Positions 31,701 to 42,078 of a stretch of 64,000 nt of DNA are shown here, piece by piece. This stretch comes from Epithemia pelagica (lineage: Eukaryota > Protista > Bacillariophyta). Location: assembly GCA_946965045.2 (NCBI GenBank), contig OX337238.1, positions 434,001 through 498,000 on the forward strand, read 5' to 3'. The position numbers and the translations under genes are program-made. Every line of letters starts with the position of its first letter. Within the stretch, counting starts at the first letter, position 1. Below the pieces are notes generated by a model. The model saw only the letters and a program-made list of their open reading frames with translations. It searched no databases and was not told the origin of the DNA.

Positions 31701-32727
31701 GCTGGATCATCACTACCTATTGAAGCCTGATTCCATTGGAATACCGAAGATCTATCTCGGTAATCAAGTCGAACAATATGACATAAACAATGATGCGAGT
31801 CAACGGTGCTGGGCCCTTAGTTCGAACAAATATGCCAAGGCCGCCATCCAAAACGTATCAGACTGGTTGGAAGAACGCGGGCGAAAGTTGAAGACACGAG
31901 TATCAACCGTTTTGCCAAGTGGCTATCGCCCAGAAATGGACGTAAGTCCGTATTGTGACGATGAACTCCTGTCCTTTTATCAACAACAACTTGGAGTACT
32001 ACGCTGGTTGGTTGAATTGGGACGCATCGACATCACAACAGAAGTTTCGATGCTTGCTGCCTTTCTAGCAGGACCAAGAGAAGGACACGTGGAGGCCATG
32101 CTACACCTCTTCGCGTACCTAAAATTTCACGATCGTTCTCGATTGGTATTGGACCCGTCGTACATTGAGCACGGGGACGAACCCATGGGGGATTGGACAG
32201 CATTCTACCCCAATGCGAAGGAAGAAGTTCCATTAGACGCACCAGAGCCATTGGGCAACCCTCTACAAATGACTTGCTTCGTTGACTCCGATCACGCCGG
32301 CGACTTATTAACACGACGATCCAGAACTGGAGTTCTCATCTACCTAAATCGGTCACCCATATTGTGGTACAGCAAGAAGCAGACCAGTGTGGAGACTTCT
32401 ACCTTTGGTTCTGAGTTCATGGCCCTCAAAGTGGGCATCGAAATGTTACGCGGTCTACGTTATAAACTACGAATGATGGGAATACCACTTGATGGACACG
32501 CACATGTCCGTTGTGATAACATGTCAGTGGTTTCCAATAGCTCGAAGCCAGAATCAACGTTGAAGAAGAAGTCGAATGCAGTTGCATACCATTACGTTCG
32601 AGAAAATGTGGCAAATGGAGTGTGTCGTATTGCCTATGAGCCATCCACAACTAATTTGGCTGATCTCTTGACGAAGGTCCAAACAGGACCGGAACGAACA
32701 AGACTTGCTGGAATGATCTTGTTTTGA
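28732..32727 (+). CDS. pol: Pol of copia 1 (PR, IN, chromo-like segment, RT, RNase H)
   Basis: LDSHADTC (PR); VYTDTLF, IVPDNAPE, QNLAEANIRELK (IN DDE); CHIVFDVKMDFTRKARYVAGGH, TADIAGAYLNA, ALYGLK, VYTDDILV (RT); FVDSDHAGD, STFGSEF, CDNMSV, ADLLTK (RH). Confidence 0.96.
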   Translation, partial: LSLQSMSMTKPNEITVPTFMCELDSHADTCCLGRGCHVLYQTDTADVSGFTETLGKLNETPVITGVLAYDDPESGATFLLYFHQALYLPQIDRCLLNPNQMREAGVLVNDVPLKFLPSTERNERAHAIVAKDSEEKELVIPMDLRGIISQFKVRKPTAHEIENLDSCYGIDMTNATPEWRPNDSAAEYDADERKLRDAIVHDTIVEKPSRDLQVDSLVSVRRINGRTITIAKTTHTRKGTVQPQDLATRWNIGLKTAERTFEETTQLGVRDFNEHGGSKRLRHTAYQLRHRRLQADVYTDTLFAETKSLDQHTCGQIFATDFGWVHFVPMRKRSEAPSTLPPLFDEYGIFNHIVPDNAPELTSLEFKRVASKYGCRLKPVEAWTPNQNLAEANIRELKRIYRREMRQSNAPAVLWDHCLMLVAERRSHTSQANGNPPPIQILTGDTPDISHLIEHKWYDFVWYSNPGFEGRKLGRWLGPSHSVGEAMCAKILTEKGKIVHRTSVWPITRAMQNDEAFREQREQFTSTLGEALGARMAGIPAEDDDEPKEADTPLYEPYEDDEQADVSMPEADHYAPDSYDKLISAKVMLPLGDDKRKGTVKRRKRDADGKVIGTASSNPLLDTSLYEVEFDDGHTQAYAANIIAESIFEQIDEEGNRYRIIDDILDHKKDASAIPISDGEFVLNGRTHKKKTTRGWFLCIQWKDGSTSWERLKDLKESYPLELAQYAVANKLDKEPAFNWWVPFTIKRSKRLIKAVSSSKRYMRTWQKYGVEVPKTVERALEIDRETGTDYWRKALRLEMSKIFPCMKILEEGSSTPIGYQTIPCHIVFDVKMDFTRKARYVAGGHKTSEPEAPTYASVVSRDSVRIGFLMAALNGLDVLTADIAGAYLNAPCLEKVCTVCGLEFGPEYKGRIAIITRALYGLKTSAYAWRELLSSTLQTDLGYKPCRADPDVYIRPSTKADGMRYYEMLFVYTDDILVVSHKPQETLTMLDHHYLLKPDSIGIPKIYLGNQVEQYDINNDASQRCWALSSNKYAKAAIQNVSDWLEERGRKLKTRVSTVLPSGYRPEMDVSPYCDDELLSFYQQQLGVLRWLVELGRIDITTEVSMLAAFLAGPREGHVEAMLHLFAYLKFHDRSRLVLDPSYIEHGDEPMGDWTAFYPNAKEEVPLDAPEPLGNPLQMTCFVDSDHAGDLLTRRSRTGVLIYLNRSPILWYSKKQTSVETSTFGSEFMALKVGIEMLRGLRYKLRMMGIPLDGHAHVRCDNMSVVSNSSKPESTLKKKSNAVAYHYVRENVANGVCRIAYEPSTTNLADLLTKVQTGPERTRLAGMILF

Positions 32728-32874
32728 GTACGTTTCCCGCCGCCTGGAAGGGTCAGGGTACGTCCTGCACTCATATGAGTCTCTAAAAGCAGGTTTATGT
32801 TGCACGAAGAACTGAGTGATGGAGGATGCACAATTCACTCGACGACAATAGCGAACGAGAACTTGTGAGGGGAC

Positions 32875-32987
32875 CAAGAAGCGCGACCGATATTGAGCGA
32901 ATTTTAAGCGAATAGCTAACCCCATGAGGGGCAAACGGTCTAGGTCTCACTTGTAGAATTTTCCTCTATGAACGATGGCGTAATTTG
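32875..32987 (+). repeat. 3' LTR of copia 1
   Basis: Identical to 26754-26866; followed by GGAG. Confidence 0.85.
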
Positions 32988-33487
32988 GGAGGACAAGGTG
33001 CTTTTGCAAAAGCCTTCGCTCACATCAATGCCAGTACAGAGGAGAGTTCAATGAGGAGATGCTGGCCATCAAGTGGAGAAGAGAGGGCATGGCCACCGCT
33101 GGCATTAAGATTCCTTCTTTTCTATTCTACTTATACTTAGTACTACACCCTACATACGTGGCTTATGTACTAGTTCTACACGATGGACGTGCTGTCCTAT
33201 AAACTTTTGGGATGATACATCATTCGCTTCGTCCCGTGTCCCGTGTCCCGTGCGTGTGCATGGTGCATGGTACATGGTGCATGACGCATGACCGTGGACC
33301 GAAGCCCGAAGACGGAAGACCCTTTGCCTCTTTGAGTCAGAAGTCAGAATCTCGTGGCGCAAACAGATTCTGTGTTCTCGACGGCCTGTAGATAAGATTT
33401 ACTCTACTATAATCTTGTTGTACTTGCAGCTTGGAAAGACTCGGATTCGGGATTCGGGGGCTATACCATCTTCATGAGCTTCCGTAA

Positions 33488-33635
33488 ATTGCGTAACTTA
33501 AGAACCACCAAATGTCCTCCTTTTAGGCAAAATGGTGCTTATCTTCCGCACATTAACGTTAGGGTAGCCGTAGTACGATGTCCTACGAAATGGCCCAAAT
33601 GGTGCTTATAAGCGGCGGTTCTTAAGTTCCGCAAT
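33488..33635. repeat. 148-bp element with 22-bp terminal inverted repeats (possible mini-MITE remnant)
   Basis: ATTGCGTAACTTAAGAACCACC (33488-33509) vs the reverse complement of 33614-33635, ATTGCGGAACTTAAGAACCGCC (20/22). Internal direct repeat AAATGGTGCTTAT x2. Confidence 0.7.
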
Positions 33636-34137
33636 CTTCTACCATCTTCTTACTCTCTTGCTCTATAGTCGATAGGAAGTACGAATACGCATATCGCATA
33701 TGTTATTGCTAATTCTTTTTCCTATGCTTAGTTCTCTGGTTCCTTGGTCCAGCAACAGGTTTCCTTTCTTCTTGCATGACCGCGAAGTCATGCGGTCCGC
33801 TGGACTTCTTTTTTCTGATTTGTACATTTTATACCATTGTGGCGCATAACTACCTACGCTATGTTTTGCCTGGGACGTAGTCAAGCGCTGAATCTATCAT
33901 ATCTCTGTTTGACGCTGTTCCAATCCACCCGCAAGGCTCCTCAGTTCCATAATATTCCTCACACCTCAACCGTCAACCCTGCATAGGAAAACTCTACACG
34001 AGACAAGAGAAATCAGGCTGTTCCTCGAGCACGACAAAACCAATCTGAAAACGTGACACGTCATCAATTTACATCATCTTGACGTCATATTTCACTGCAC
34101 AGTTTTTGTTGGCCCTCCATTCCGACAAATCCAAAGC

Positions 34138-34165
34138 TCAGGATTTGTCGGCCGACAAATCCTGA
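34138..34165. repeat. Perfect 28-bp palindrome upstream of the HSF gene
   Basis: TCAGGATTTGTCGGCCGACAAATCCTGA is its own reverse complement; a partial arm, CCGACAAATCC, lies just upstream. Confidence 0.95.
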
Positions 34166-34655
34166 AATAGCATTAGGGATTGTGTTATCTTTATTCTAGT
34201 GTACATATGGGATAGAGAAACTTCCAGCGCGCGTTCTGGACTTCAGCGGCGCGCGTTCGACTCCAACGGTCCCCCAATCCCTAATGAAGTATTCCAACTT
34301 TCGAATAGTATTGGTATTCAATTCCACAGAGTACTTTTGGGGAGTGTTGGGGACGCGGGCTCTTGTTTTGGTTTTGGTTTTGGTTTTGCTCGAGGATGGA
34401 AAAACTGGCCAATGTGAAAATTCTCCACGTTCTCAAATTGGTTTTGTCGTGCTCGAGGAACGGCCTCAAGAAGGAAATCACCCCCACCACACCCAAAAGT
34501 TCCGTACGTGCTCGTTGCCCACACGGTAGTTCATAGGAGTACGCATTCTACAGCGGCAACGCGCGAGTTCGAGAAGTGGAAGGAAAGAACCAATCTTGAC
34601 AAAATTATAAAGCCATTTACTCCTACCTCGGAATAAAGACCCATCACCATTCACC

Positions 34656-35858
34656 ATGCCCCTTCGTAACTTGGGCCAGCTGAACTCGGCCGACATTTCA
34701 GCTCTGCTCTCGGCCGCATCCAATCCGCCGTCACAGCTAGGAGCATCCAATGTGTCACCCGCTGTGGCAAACCTTCTTTTGGCGCAACAGCAACAGCAAC
34801 AGGTTCACAATCGGGCGCATGTTGCCGCCCCACATACGCTGGCTTCTCTCGGTTTAAACTCACCTGCCTCCATGGCGTCCTCGCTTCCACATTCGGAATC
34901 ACTTCAAACATCCGGTTTGTTGTCAGCGCTGCTTCGTCAGCAGGAACGTGAAGAGCAGAAGAAAGCGGCCTTGCTCCATCAGCTCAATAGTGCACTGGTT
35001 CAGCCACCCGCTCCCAGCGCTTCGGACAAACTTGCCATGCTTCTTCAGCAAAAGCATCTTTCCGCAGGCCCCGGTAATTCGATGAACTCTCTTTCTCTTG
35101 TGGGTAGCAGTGTTCCAGTTTTGTCTCAGCAAAGCCCTGACCCATTTTGCGGTCTTCGTCAAGGAAACCAGCAGCACTTGGACTCCATTGCGATTGCCAA
35201 GCTTCTCCAATCTCAACAACAACAAGGCTCAGTTCCTGGACCACCACAAGTCGCTCCTCAAGCTCCCACGTCATCTGGAGATGTCGCTGCCGCCGCTGTT
35301 CTAGCCGCTCAATTGGGTGGTGATTCCGCGGCTGCGGTGGCTCTCTTGGATAACGCCGCTATTTCCTCTCTTCCAGCGGAACGAAGAAGGAAGGGTCGCA
35401 CCGGAACCTTCCCTCAGAAACTTCATCAGATGCTTTCGGATCTAGAACGTGAAGAAGGTGGAATCGAAATTGCGTCCTTTTTACCGCATGGTCGTGCTTT
35501 TGCTATCCACAAACCACGAGATTTTGTCAAGCATGTCATGCCCAAGTATTTCCGAATGAGCCGATTCAGCAGCTTTCAACGCCAGTTGAATCTATATGAT
35601 TTCCAGCGAATCACGGAAGGACCCGATAAGGGCTCCTATTATCACGAATTGTTTGTCCAAGGGCGTCCGATTCTCTCGACCATGATGAAGCGAAATAAGA
35701 TCAAGGGCGTCAAGAATATGAAACCGGCGAACGATGGTGAGAATCACGATGCCGCCGAAGAGGATGAAGATATGAATCATCCTACCGAAACTGATAACAA
35801 GGAACACGAAGAAGAAGAGGAAGTCCAAGGGAAAGCTGACGAGCTTGACGCAGAATAA
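34656..35858 (+). CDS. Heat shock factor (HSF)-type transcription factor, C-terminal DNA-binding domain
   Basis: TFPQKLHQML...SFLPHGRAFAIHKPRDFVKHVMPKYFRMSRFSSFQRQLNLYDFQRITEGPDKGSYYHELF; Q/A/S-rich N-terminus typical of the diatom HSF family. Confidence 0.95.
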   Translation: MPLRNLGQLNSADISALLSAASNPPSQLGASNVSPAVANLLLAQQQQQQVHNRAHVAAPHTLASLGLNSPASMASSLPHSESLQTSGLLSALLRQQEREEQKKAALLHQLNSALVQPPAPSASDKLAMLLQQKHLSAGPGNSMNSLSLVGSSVPVLSQQSPDPFCGLRQGNQQHLDSIAIAKLLQSQQQQGSVPGPPQVAPQAPTSSGDVAAAAVLAAQLGGDSAAAVALLDNAAISSLPAERRRKGRTGTFPQKLHQMLSDLEREEGGIEIASFLPHGRAFAIHKPRDFVKHVMPKYFRMSRFSSFQRQLNLYDFQRITEGPDKGSYYHELFVQGRPILSTMMKRNKIKGVKNMKPANDGENHDAAEEDEDMNHPTETDNKEHEEEEEVQGKADELDAE

Positions 35859-36205
35859 CTCAAGTCGTGAAGTGTTCTCTTTTGGGATTTTGGTTTAAAT
35901 CATTTTTGCTTCGGTGTGAAGATAAGCGAAGATCATATCTCATATTTTTTATTGCATTATTAATTCATTGAACCAACATTTTGTTGTCTTTATAGGAGTC
36001 GTTCATAGAGAAAAGATAGTACGAGAGAGGTGGATTGGACGGTCTTTATGGCCAAAGAAAAGGTAGCACACATAGTATGGATGAATCGTCCGCAGTCGCA
36101 CTTTTCGGTTGGAAGCGACGATGGGCGATTCATAGCCGCTCTGACTTTGTAAGAGAGATCAAGGACGAAAGGGACTTGGTACTTTGTACGGACCCTTGCT
36201 CACAC

Positions 36206-37750
36206 ATGGACGATGACAAAAAGCTGATGGAGTTGATCTCCATGGGATTTGATCCGACACAATGCTTCCTTGCTCTTCAAAATGTGAACGGAAATATGGA
36301 AAGTGCACTGAATCTCTTATTGTCGGGTGAAGAGTTACATGAGCACTCTCTCGATCATGGTTTTGGAGCGACTGCTCCGAGTGGTGGTGGTCCTCGCCGT
36401 AGACCTTCTCCTCCTACCATGGTTCATTGCTCCTTCAGTCAATACAGTTTGGAAAATGGACGCTCCGCTTGCACTTGTATTGCTCTCAAAGCGGCCGAAA
36501 TCATACTGGATCGAGCCAAGACCATACAGGACGACAATATGGGATCCATCGTTACGGATACTCTACTGCAGAACGCAATCGTTCAGGGAGTTGAGATCTA
36601 CAACAATTTGAAGCGGGCTGACTCGACAATGAGCGAACATAAGTCAGCTCAAGAAGTCCTTTTGACTGGTGGCTTTCCTTGTTTGAATCAACATGGTGAT
36701 GTGGAACAAGGTATGCTGTCTCGCAGTCACAAGAATGATGATCCGTTGGGATTGTACAATCTTCTCAAAGCCAGTCATGATGCTCAAGAGTGGACGTGCG
36801 TCTTGATCACCAAACCACCCGAAACTGTACTGGTGGTTCTTTCGCCCGAACACAATGGCAAGTCTTTCTTTATTTTGGTGGATTCACATCCACGCCCCAA
36901 TCAATTTGGTTCACAGGGGTCTTACGCAAGGATTCACTCAAACTTGAGTGATTTGGTGGAGGATTCCTTGGAGAGGATTTTTCCATTTACAGATCTTGGG
37001 CCAGATATACCACCTCTCATGGCTGCAATGTACAACCAATTTGACTTATATCGGTTTCGACAACTGCAACAGCAACCAAAAGAACATGAGAGACCCGATA
37101 TGCGACAGATGGATAGTCTGTCCCAAGCCAATGACCTGGAGCATCAAGATAATGGTAGCCAATCCGAAATGAATGACATGGGAACAGAACAGAGGAACAG
37201 AAATCAACAGATGCAGGACGGAAAACCGACGGCTGTCCAGACTAGCATTCCAGGAAATAATGCAGATCAATCCGCAACAAAAGATTCAGGACAGAAACGC
37301 AAGGATCCAGATGCTTCAATATCAGATCATGTGACGCAGGGCTCTAGATTGGTTGATGGATCAAGCAAGGTGCGTATGCTTCACGGCAGCGAAACAAAAG
37401 ACCATCATATTCTAGAGGAAAGTACCAAGTCAGATGCTCCGCTGTCGACGCCTGGAATAACAGGTCAAGCCAACGACAGTGACGGTCCCATTCCTATGGC
37501 AAGTGTTGCAAAAACTGAAGCAAGTTTATCGGACAACAACGGAGAAAAGTGTTTGGATGTTACCATGCGGCAAGATCACGTCGCGGCCGCAGAAAGCAGA
37601 TTGTTGGCACAGCCGAGAAACGAGTCGGAGGTCTCCGACATTTCAGACTGGCAATTAATCGACAGGACTGCGGCAACCGCTTCTGTTGATTCTGTAGACC
37701 GAGTGTCTGAAGGGGGTGACCCAACGCATGACGATGAAGTCTCACTCTAG
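36206..37750 (+). CDS. UBA-domain protein with putative herpes-tegument-like (VTD/C76) cysteine peptidase domain
   Basis: UBA: KLMELISMGFDPTQCFLALQNVNGNMESALNLLLSG. Then CSFSQ...GRSACTCIAL, LLQNAIVQGVEIY and FILVDSHP; disordered C-terminus. Confidence 0.7.
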   Translation: MDDDKKLMELISMGFDPTQCFLALQNVNGNMESALNLLLSGEELHEHSLDHGFGATAPSGGGPRRRPSPPTMVHCSFSQYSLENGRSACTCIALKAAEIILDRAKTIQDDNMGSIVTDTLLQNAIVQGVEIYNNLKRADSTMSEHKSAQEVLLTGGFPCLNQHGDVEQGMLSRSHKNDDPLGLYNLLKASHDAQEWTCVLITKPPETVLVVLSPEHNGKSFFILVDSHPRPNQFGSQGSYARIHSNLSDLVEDSLERIFPFTDLGPDIPPLMAAMYNQFDLYRFRQLQQQPKEHERPDMRQMDSLSQANDLEHQDNGSQSEMNDMGTEQRNRNQQMQDGKPTAVQTSIPGNNADQSATKDSGQKRKDPDASISDHVTQGSRLVDGSSKVRMLHGSETKDHHILEESTKSDAPLSTPGITGQANDSDGPIPMASVAKTEASLSDNNGEKCLDVTMRQDHVAAAESRLLAQPRNESEVSDISDWQLIDRTAATASVDSVDRVSEGGDPTHDDEVSL

Positions 37751-38121
37751 ATACAGTGTTGGAAGGACAAAAGGGTGTCTCCCTTGTTCTCTTTCTCCAC
37801 TGTACATATATCGTGGTGAAGTGGATCCAATCAAGCTTGAAAATTCTAAATCTACGTACACTGCACATCACCTGTGCCATTATGGATATGGTCAAAGCAA
37901 TACATCGGTTATGGTGCTGAGGGAAGTCTGGAACAGTCATCGACATCTTTGCATGAACAAGGATCAAATCAACCGCATTTCTCCACGATCTATTTTAGTT
38001 TCGACGTAAAAAGGAAAGATGGAATGAAGTCAAGCTACAAGTAATCTTCCCCGAGGAGTTCGTCCAACAATCTTAGTCTCTATGTCCCATAGAAGTGGGA
38101 TAAGCAAAGCGGCAGAGTTGC

Positions 38122-41100
38122 TCATACACTCTGAAAGTTGAACGAACAGTCTTCCCCGAACGAGTGCATTCCGAGGGGCTTGGTATGTCCGCCCCGTGGG
38201 CCTTTTTTGCGTCGCGGTTGCTTTGACGAAGCTTCGCTCATTGATGGCTCGGCGTTGCGTCTAACGCGTCTCTCTGGAATTGAATCGACGGCGGTTCCCT
38301 TCTGTGTTGATGTCTTGAGATCTGCACGCTTAGAAATCCGGGTACGGGTTTCTTTGTCGGGATGCGACGAGCTCGTTTTCGTTCTGCCAAGTGGGAGGAC
38401 ACCCTGGGATTTGGAACGAGTCGGGGAGTTCCCCTGACCGTAGCGGTTCGACTCTTTAGCACGTTGGTCGGAAGACATGTCTCGTTTCCGCTTCCGTGCA
38501 AGACTGTTCTCATTACCAACACGATCTACTTTTGCGGACTTGTGCCCAGTCACCTTCGCTTCGGCTGAAAGTTGCTGCTGAGTTGGACGCGACAAGCGGT
38601 GATCACATGAAACATCGTCTTTCTTCTTTGTCATATCTTTGCTTTTTGATACATGCAATGTCGTTTTCACTCGATCAGACGAGTCCGACTTTGAAACGGG
38701 GTCACTTTTCAAAGCGTTTGGCTTGACGATTCGTTTCCTTGAATCATCTCGCCTAGTACGGGAAGATTTTGTCTCGTTTATGACATTTTTGTGCTCTGAC
38801 GACTTCAGCGTGGGATTGTCAACGTTGTTTACGGATGAGGACGCTCTGCGATGCTCTCTGGAGGGCTTGTCATGCTTGCTGTGTCGCTTTGAATTTGATT
38901 GAACTTTACCCGGCCGCATCTCCTTTTCTCTGTGTTCACTTTCCTCCGATATGTACTTGTCCACAACTGGCTTCTTCACTGATCCGTCTTCGCTCCATCG
39001 GACTTTCTTCTTAGAACTCGGAATTTCTTTTTGTTCCATTGGATTATCATCGGATGCTTGAGAAAAATGATTCAACAAATTTCGTGGTTTCGCGGCGCTT
39101 GGTTCTTGATGTTTACGGGAAACCACCTCATCTCGCTGCTCCTTTTCTTCGCTTCGGCGCTCACGCTTTCGTTGATGTCGACGTGTATCTGCATCTTTAC
39201 GGTTAGATCTAAGGTTTGATTTTTGTTTGACCTTTTGGCGTTCCTCTTTCGAACCTTCCGGTTGCTTTCGCCGATCTCGATCCGTTTCGATGCGCTTCTC
39301 CGTTTTCTCCTTCCGACGAAGCGCACGCTCCTTTTCAACGTACAACTTCTGAGTTGATTCTTGTCGTTTCTTGCAGTCCTCCACAATACGTTTCAGGTCA
39401 ACTTGAGCTTGTTCTTCAACTGACATTTCAGGGGCGTAAGTTACAACGACGGACTGCAGAATGGGGTAATCTTTCAGAGAAGTCACAATGATGAGAGATA
39501 CTCAGAGACACATTACAACATTGAATAATTTCGCTCGTACCTCCAATAATACGTGAGATTTCGCTCTCGATTACACCATAATCCTCCGCTTCCCTTTCTC
39601 TCTGTTCGATGGCGTCGGCCTCATTCTTTGTCTTCGCAGTAAGTTCTTCTTCGAGAGCGATGGTCGATTCCAGTTCAGCTGATCGACGTTTCTTATCAGC
39701 CAAACTCAACTCAATCTGCTCTTCTAGGTCTTGAATTTGCTTGTCAAGATCAAGGTTTGCATTTTCCGCGGCGGTGTTTTCCGCTTCCAGTGTTGCAATG
39801 TCGTCCGCTAGTTTCATCGCTGTAGCGCTGTCGTCTGCTTTCTGAGTTTCTTGTAGAACCCGTACCTCCTCAACTTTTGCAACGATAGACTTGGTTTCTG
39901 CTCTGTCCGATTCGAGCTGTTCCAGCTGTTTGTTGAACTCTTCTTCGCGCAGAACCTCCCTTTCGCGAATATCTTTTTCCGCTTGCTGCTGTTGAGAGGC
40001 TTGTATCGTAAGTTCTTCCTCCTCTTTCTGGAGAGAACGAAGAGTGGTCTGCAACTCGTCGTACTCAAGTTTCAACGCATCAATGGCATCCTGCTCTTCC
40101 TTGATAGCCTTCTCCTCTACCTCTAGCAAGACGTTTGAGGCATTATCATCCCATGACGTTGGACCATTGTCGTTGCTTGTGACAGGGACTTCATTAGCCG
40201 TGCATAAGTCAAGATGGTTCTTGCGTGCGGTTTCAATGTCTTTCTCTTGTTTCACGATCGATTCCTCTAGTTTCGGAAGTGATTCCCGCATTTCACGTGA
40301 TTTCATGATTATGCTTTGAGTGTCTGCTTCAAGTTGAAGCACAGTCGTAGCGGTGGTGCTTAACAACTCTCCTTCTTCCTTCTTTACGTCATCAATCTCA
40401 AGTCTCAAGCTACTTTCCGACTTGAGATGCTTACCAAGCGTCTCCTCCATCTGCTGTAGAAGCTCGTTACATTCTGATATCTCTGACGACACCTTCTGCT
40501 GCTTTGCAGTTTCTTCGTGCAAGCTGTCAAGGAGTGACTGCTTGTGTGTTACAGCTTTATCGAGACGGTTTTGAACTTCCCTACTGAGAATGTCAGTCTC
40601 TTTCTTCCAACAATCGAACTTTTTGACCATCGTTTGAACGCGGTCTAGCTGCCGCTGCTGCTTCTTTGTGGAGAGTAGAATGAAGGCTTTTGTTTGAAGA
40701 GCCTCTTGCAGACCCCTTGTTACCGAAAATGGAGATAAGATACAGGAAGGTTAAACATACACGTAGTTCATGATGTATTTGTTGGGCTTACCGATTAAAC
40801 TTGTGAACATCGTCGCCTGCACCTTCAACCTTGCTTCGCATGGTCGCGACGGATTTGTGGCTCTCACCAAGAACTTCGTGCATTCTTTGTAAAAGAGCAC
40901 GACTTTGTCCGTTGGCGAACTTGAGTTCGCCTAATTTCGCTTCGAGTTTAGAGTGTTGCTGCTCTGTGCGATGCTTTGCCATACGAGCGGCTTGTAGCTT
41001 ACGCTGTGATTCATGCTGTTGCTCTTCCAAGATACGGAGATCCTTCATCACTGTCAAAAGGCAACGAATTGACCAGTACTCGTGAGTTGAGAGGGAAGGA

Positions 41101-41505
41101 GGTATTCTCCTATCAGGGAATAATTCTCTTACCTTCTTCCATGGAGAGGACACCTTCCATCTCTTCTCTTGACCGCGTTTCCACAGTCACATGCTTCGTT
41201 ACTTTCTGCGTAACCTTTGGATGTGCTTGTACTTGTTTGAATTTTGGTTGTGCTTGCACTTGTTTAGGTTTGGGATGTGGTTGCACTTGGCGGTGGATAA
41301 GAATTTGCCCACCAGATCGCTGATCTCGGTTGATGAAATGATGAACTTGTCCACCAGCTGGTGCCGTTACAGCTGTGTTGCGAGAATGCCCTGCAGTCCC
41401 GCCGCGGTTGTTCGAACTTCCTGATGATAGTCGTGGGCCATTTTGCTGTCTATCGCTAGAGGCGAGGGCGTTGCTGGGGAACTTCTTCAGAAACCGAAAT
41501 GCCAT
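38122..41505 (-). CDS. Large coiled-coil protein with basic disordered C-terminus, 4 exons
   Basis: Exons 41505-41133, 41050-40792, 40715-39541 and 39470-38122 join in frame through GT-AG introns; long E/K/L/Q heptad region. Confidence 0.7.
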
Positions 41506-42078
41506 GGTCGATTCCAATTTCCCTCTCTGAAACTGATCCGCTTCATGATCTTCCTTTTCTGGGGAGTTTGAATTTGGTGTCACTCTATCTCGTCCCGCGC
41601 ATGCTCTCCTTCTCGACGCGCGCGGTGGGACCACAGAAGGCGGGACTAAAAGGCATGCTGAAAAGAGGACGAGGAATGAATCGCTTCAACAATACCATCA
41701 GTGAAACAAAACTAGGTGGACCGTTAGACATTTCACGTCCACGACTTGTGGTTTTGTGCTTGTTTCGAAGGCTTGTTGATTGCCAGATTCGTATAAATCT
41801 GTTCTGTTTCTTATGCTTGCCGAGTCTTACTGAGTTGAACTTCTGGAACTTCACTTACGTTGCTTTCACGAATATGTAAAGACGGACATGGATGAGAACC
41901 ATTCAGAGATCGCCATCTATGGCTGGTGATCGAGAGACGTTGAGATGAAGCTGCGTAAGAACGCCCCAAACTGCAAATCACATGTCTCTCCGTCTATCAA
42001 CGTGATACTGAGCAATCTTCTTCTCACTATACTTGCTTAGCGATGACGTCCAAATGCAAACAAACGCGGACGATTACA

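Larger units (their letters stand above)
26754..32987 (+). mobile_element. Ty1/copia (CoDi-like) LTR retrotransposon 1, intact
   Basis: Identical direct repeats at 26754-26866 and 32875-32987; GGAG on both flanks; gag plus pol in PR-IN-RT-RH order; purine run GAGGGGA before the 3' repeat. Confidence 0.95.

Noticed and set aside
34200-34600. Heat-shock elements upstream of the HSF gene
   Set aside because: Only two-unit nGAAn/nTTCn matches (e.g. GAAACTTC, TTCGAGAA); no three-unit HSE, so expected by chance.
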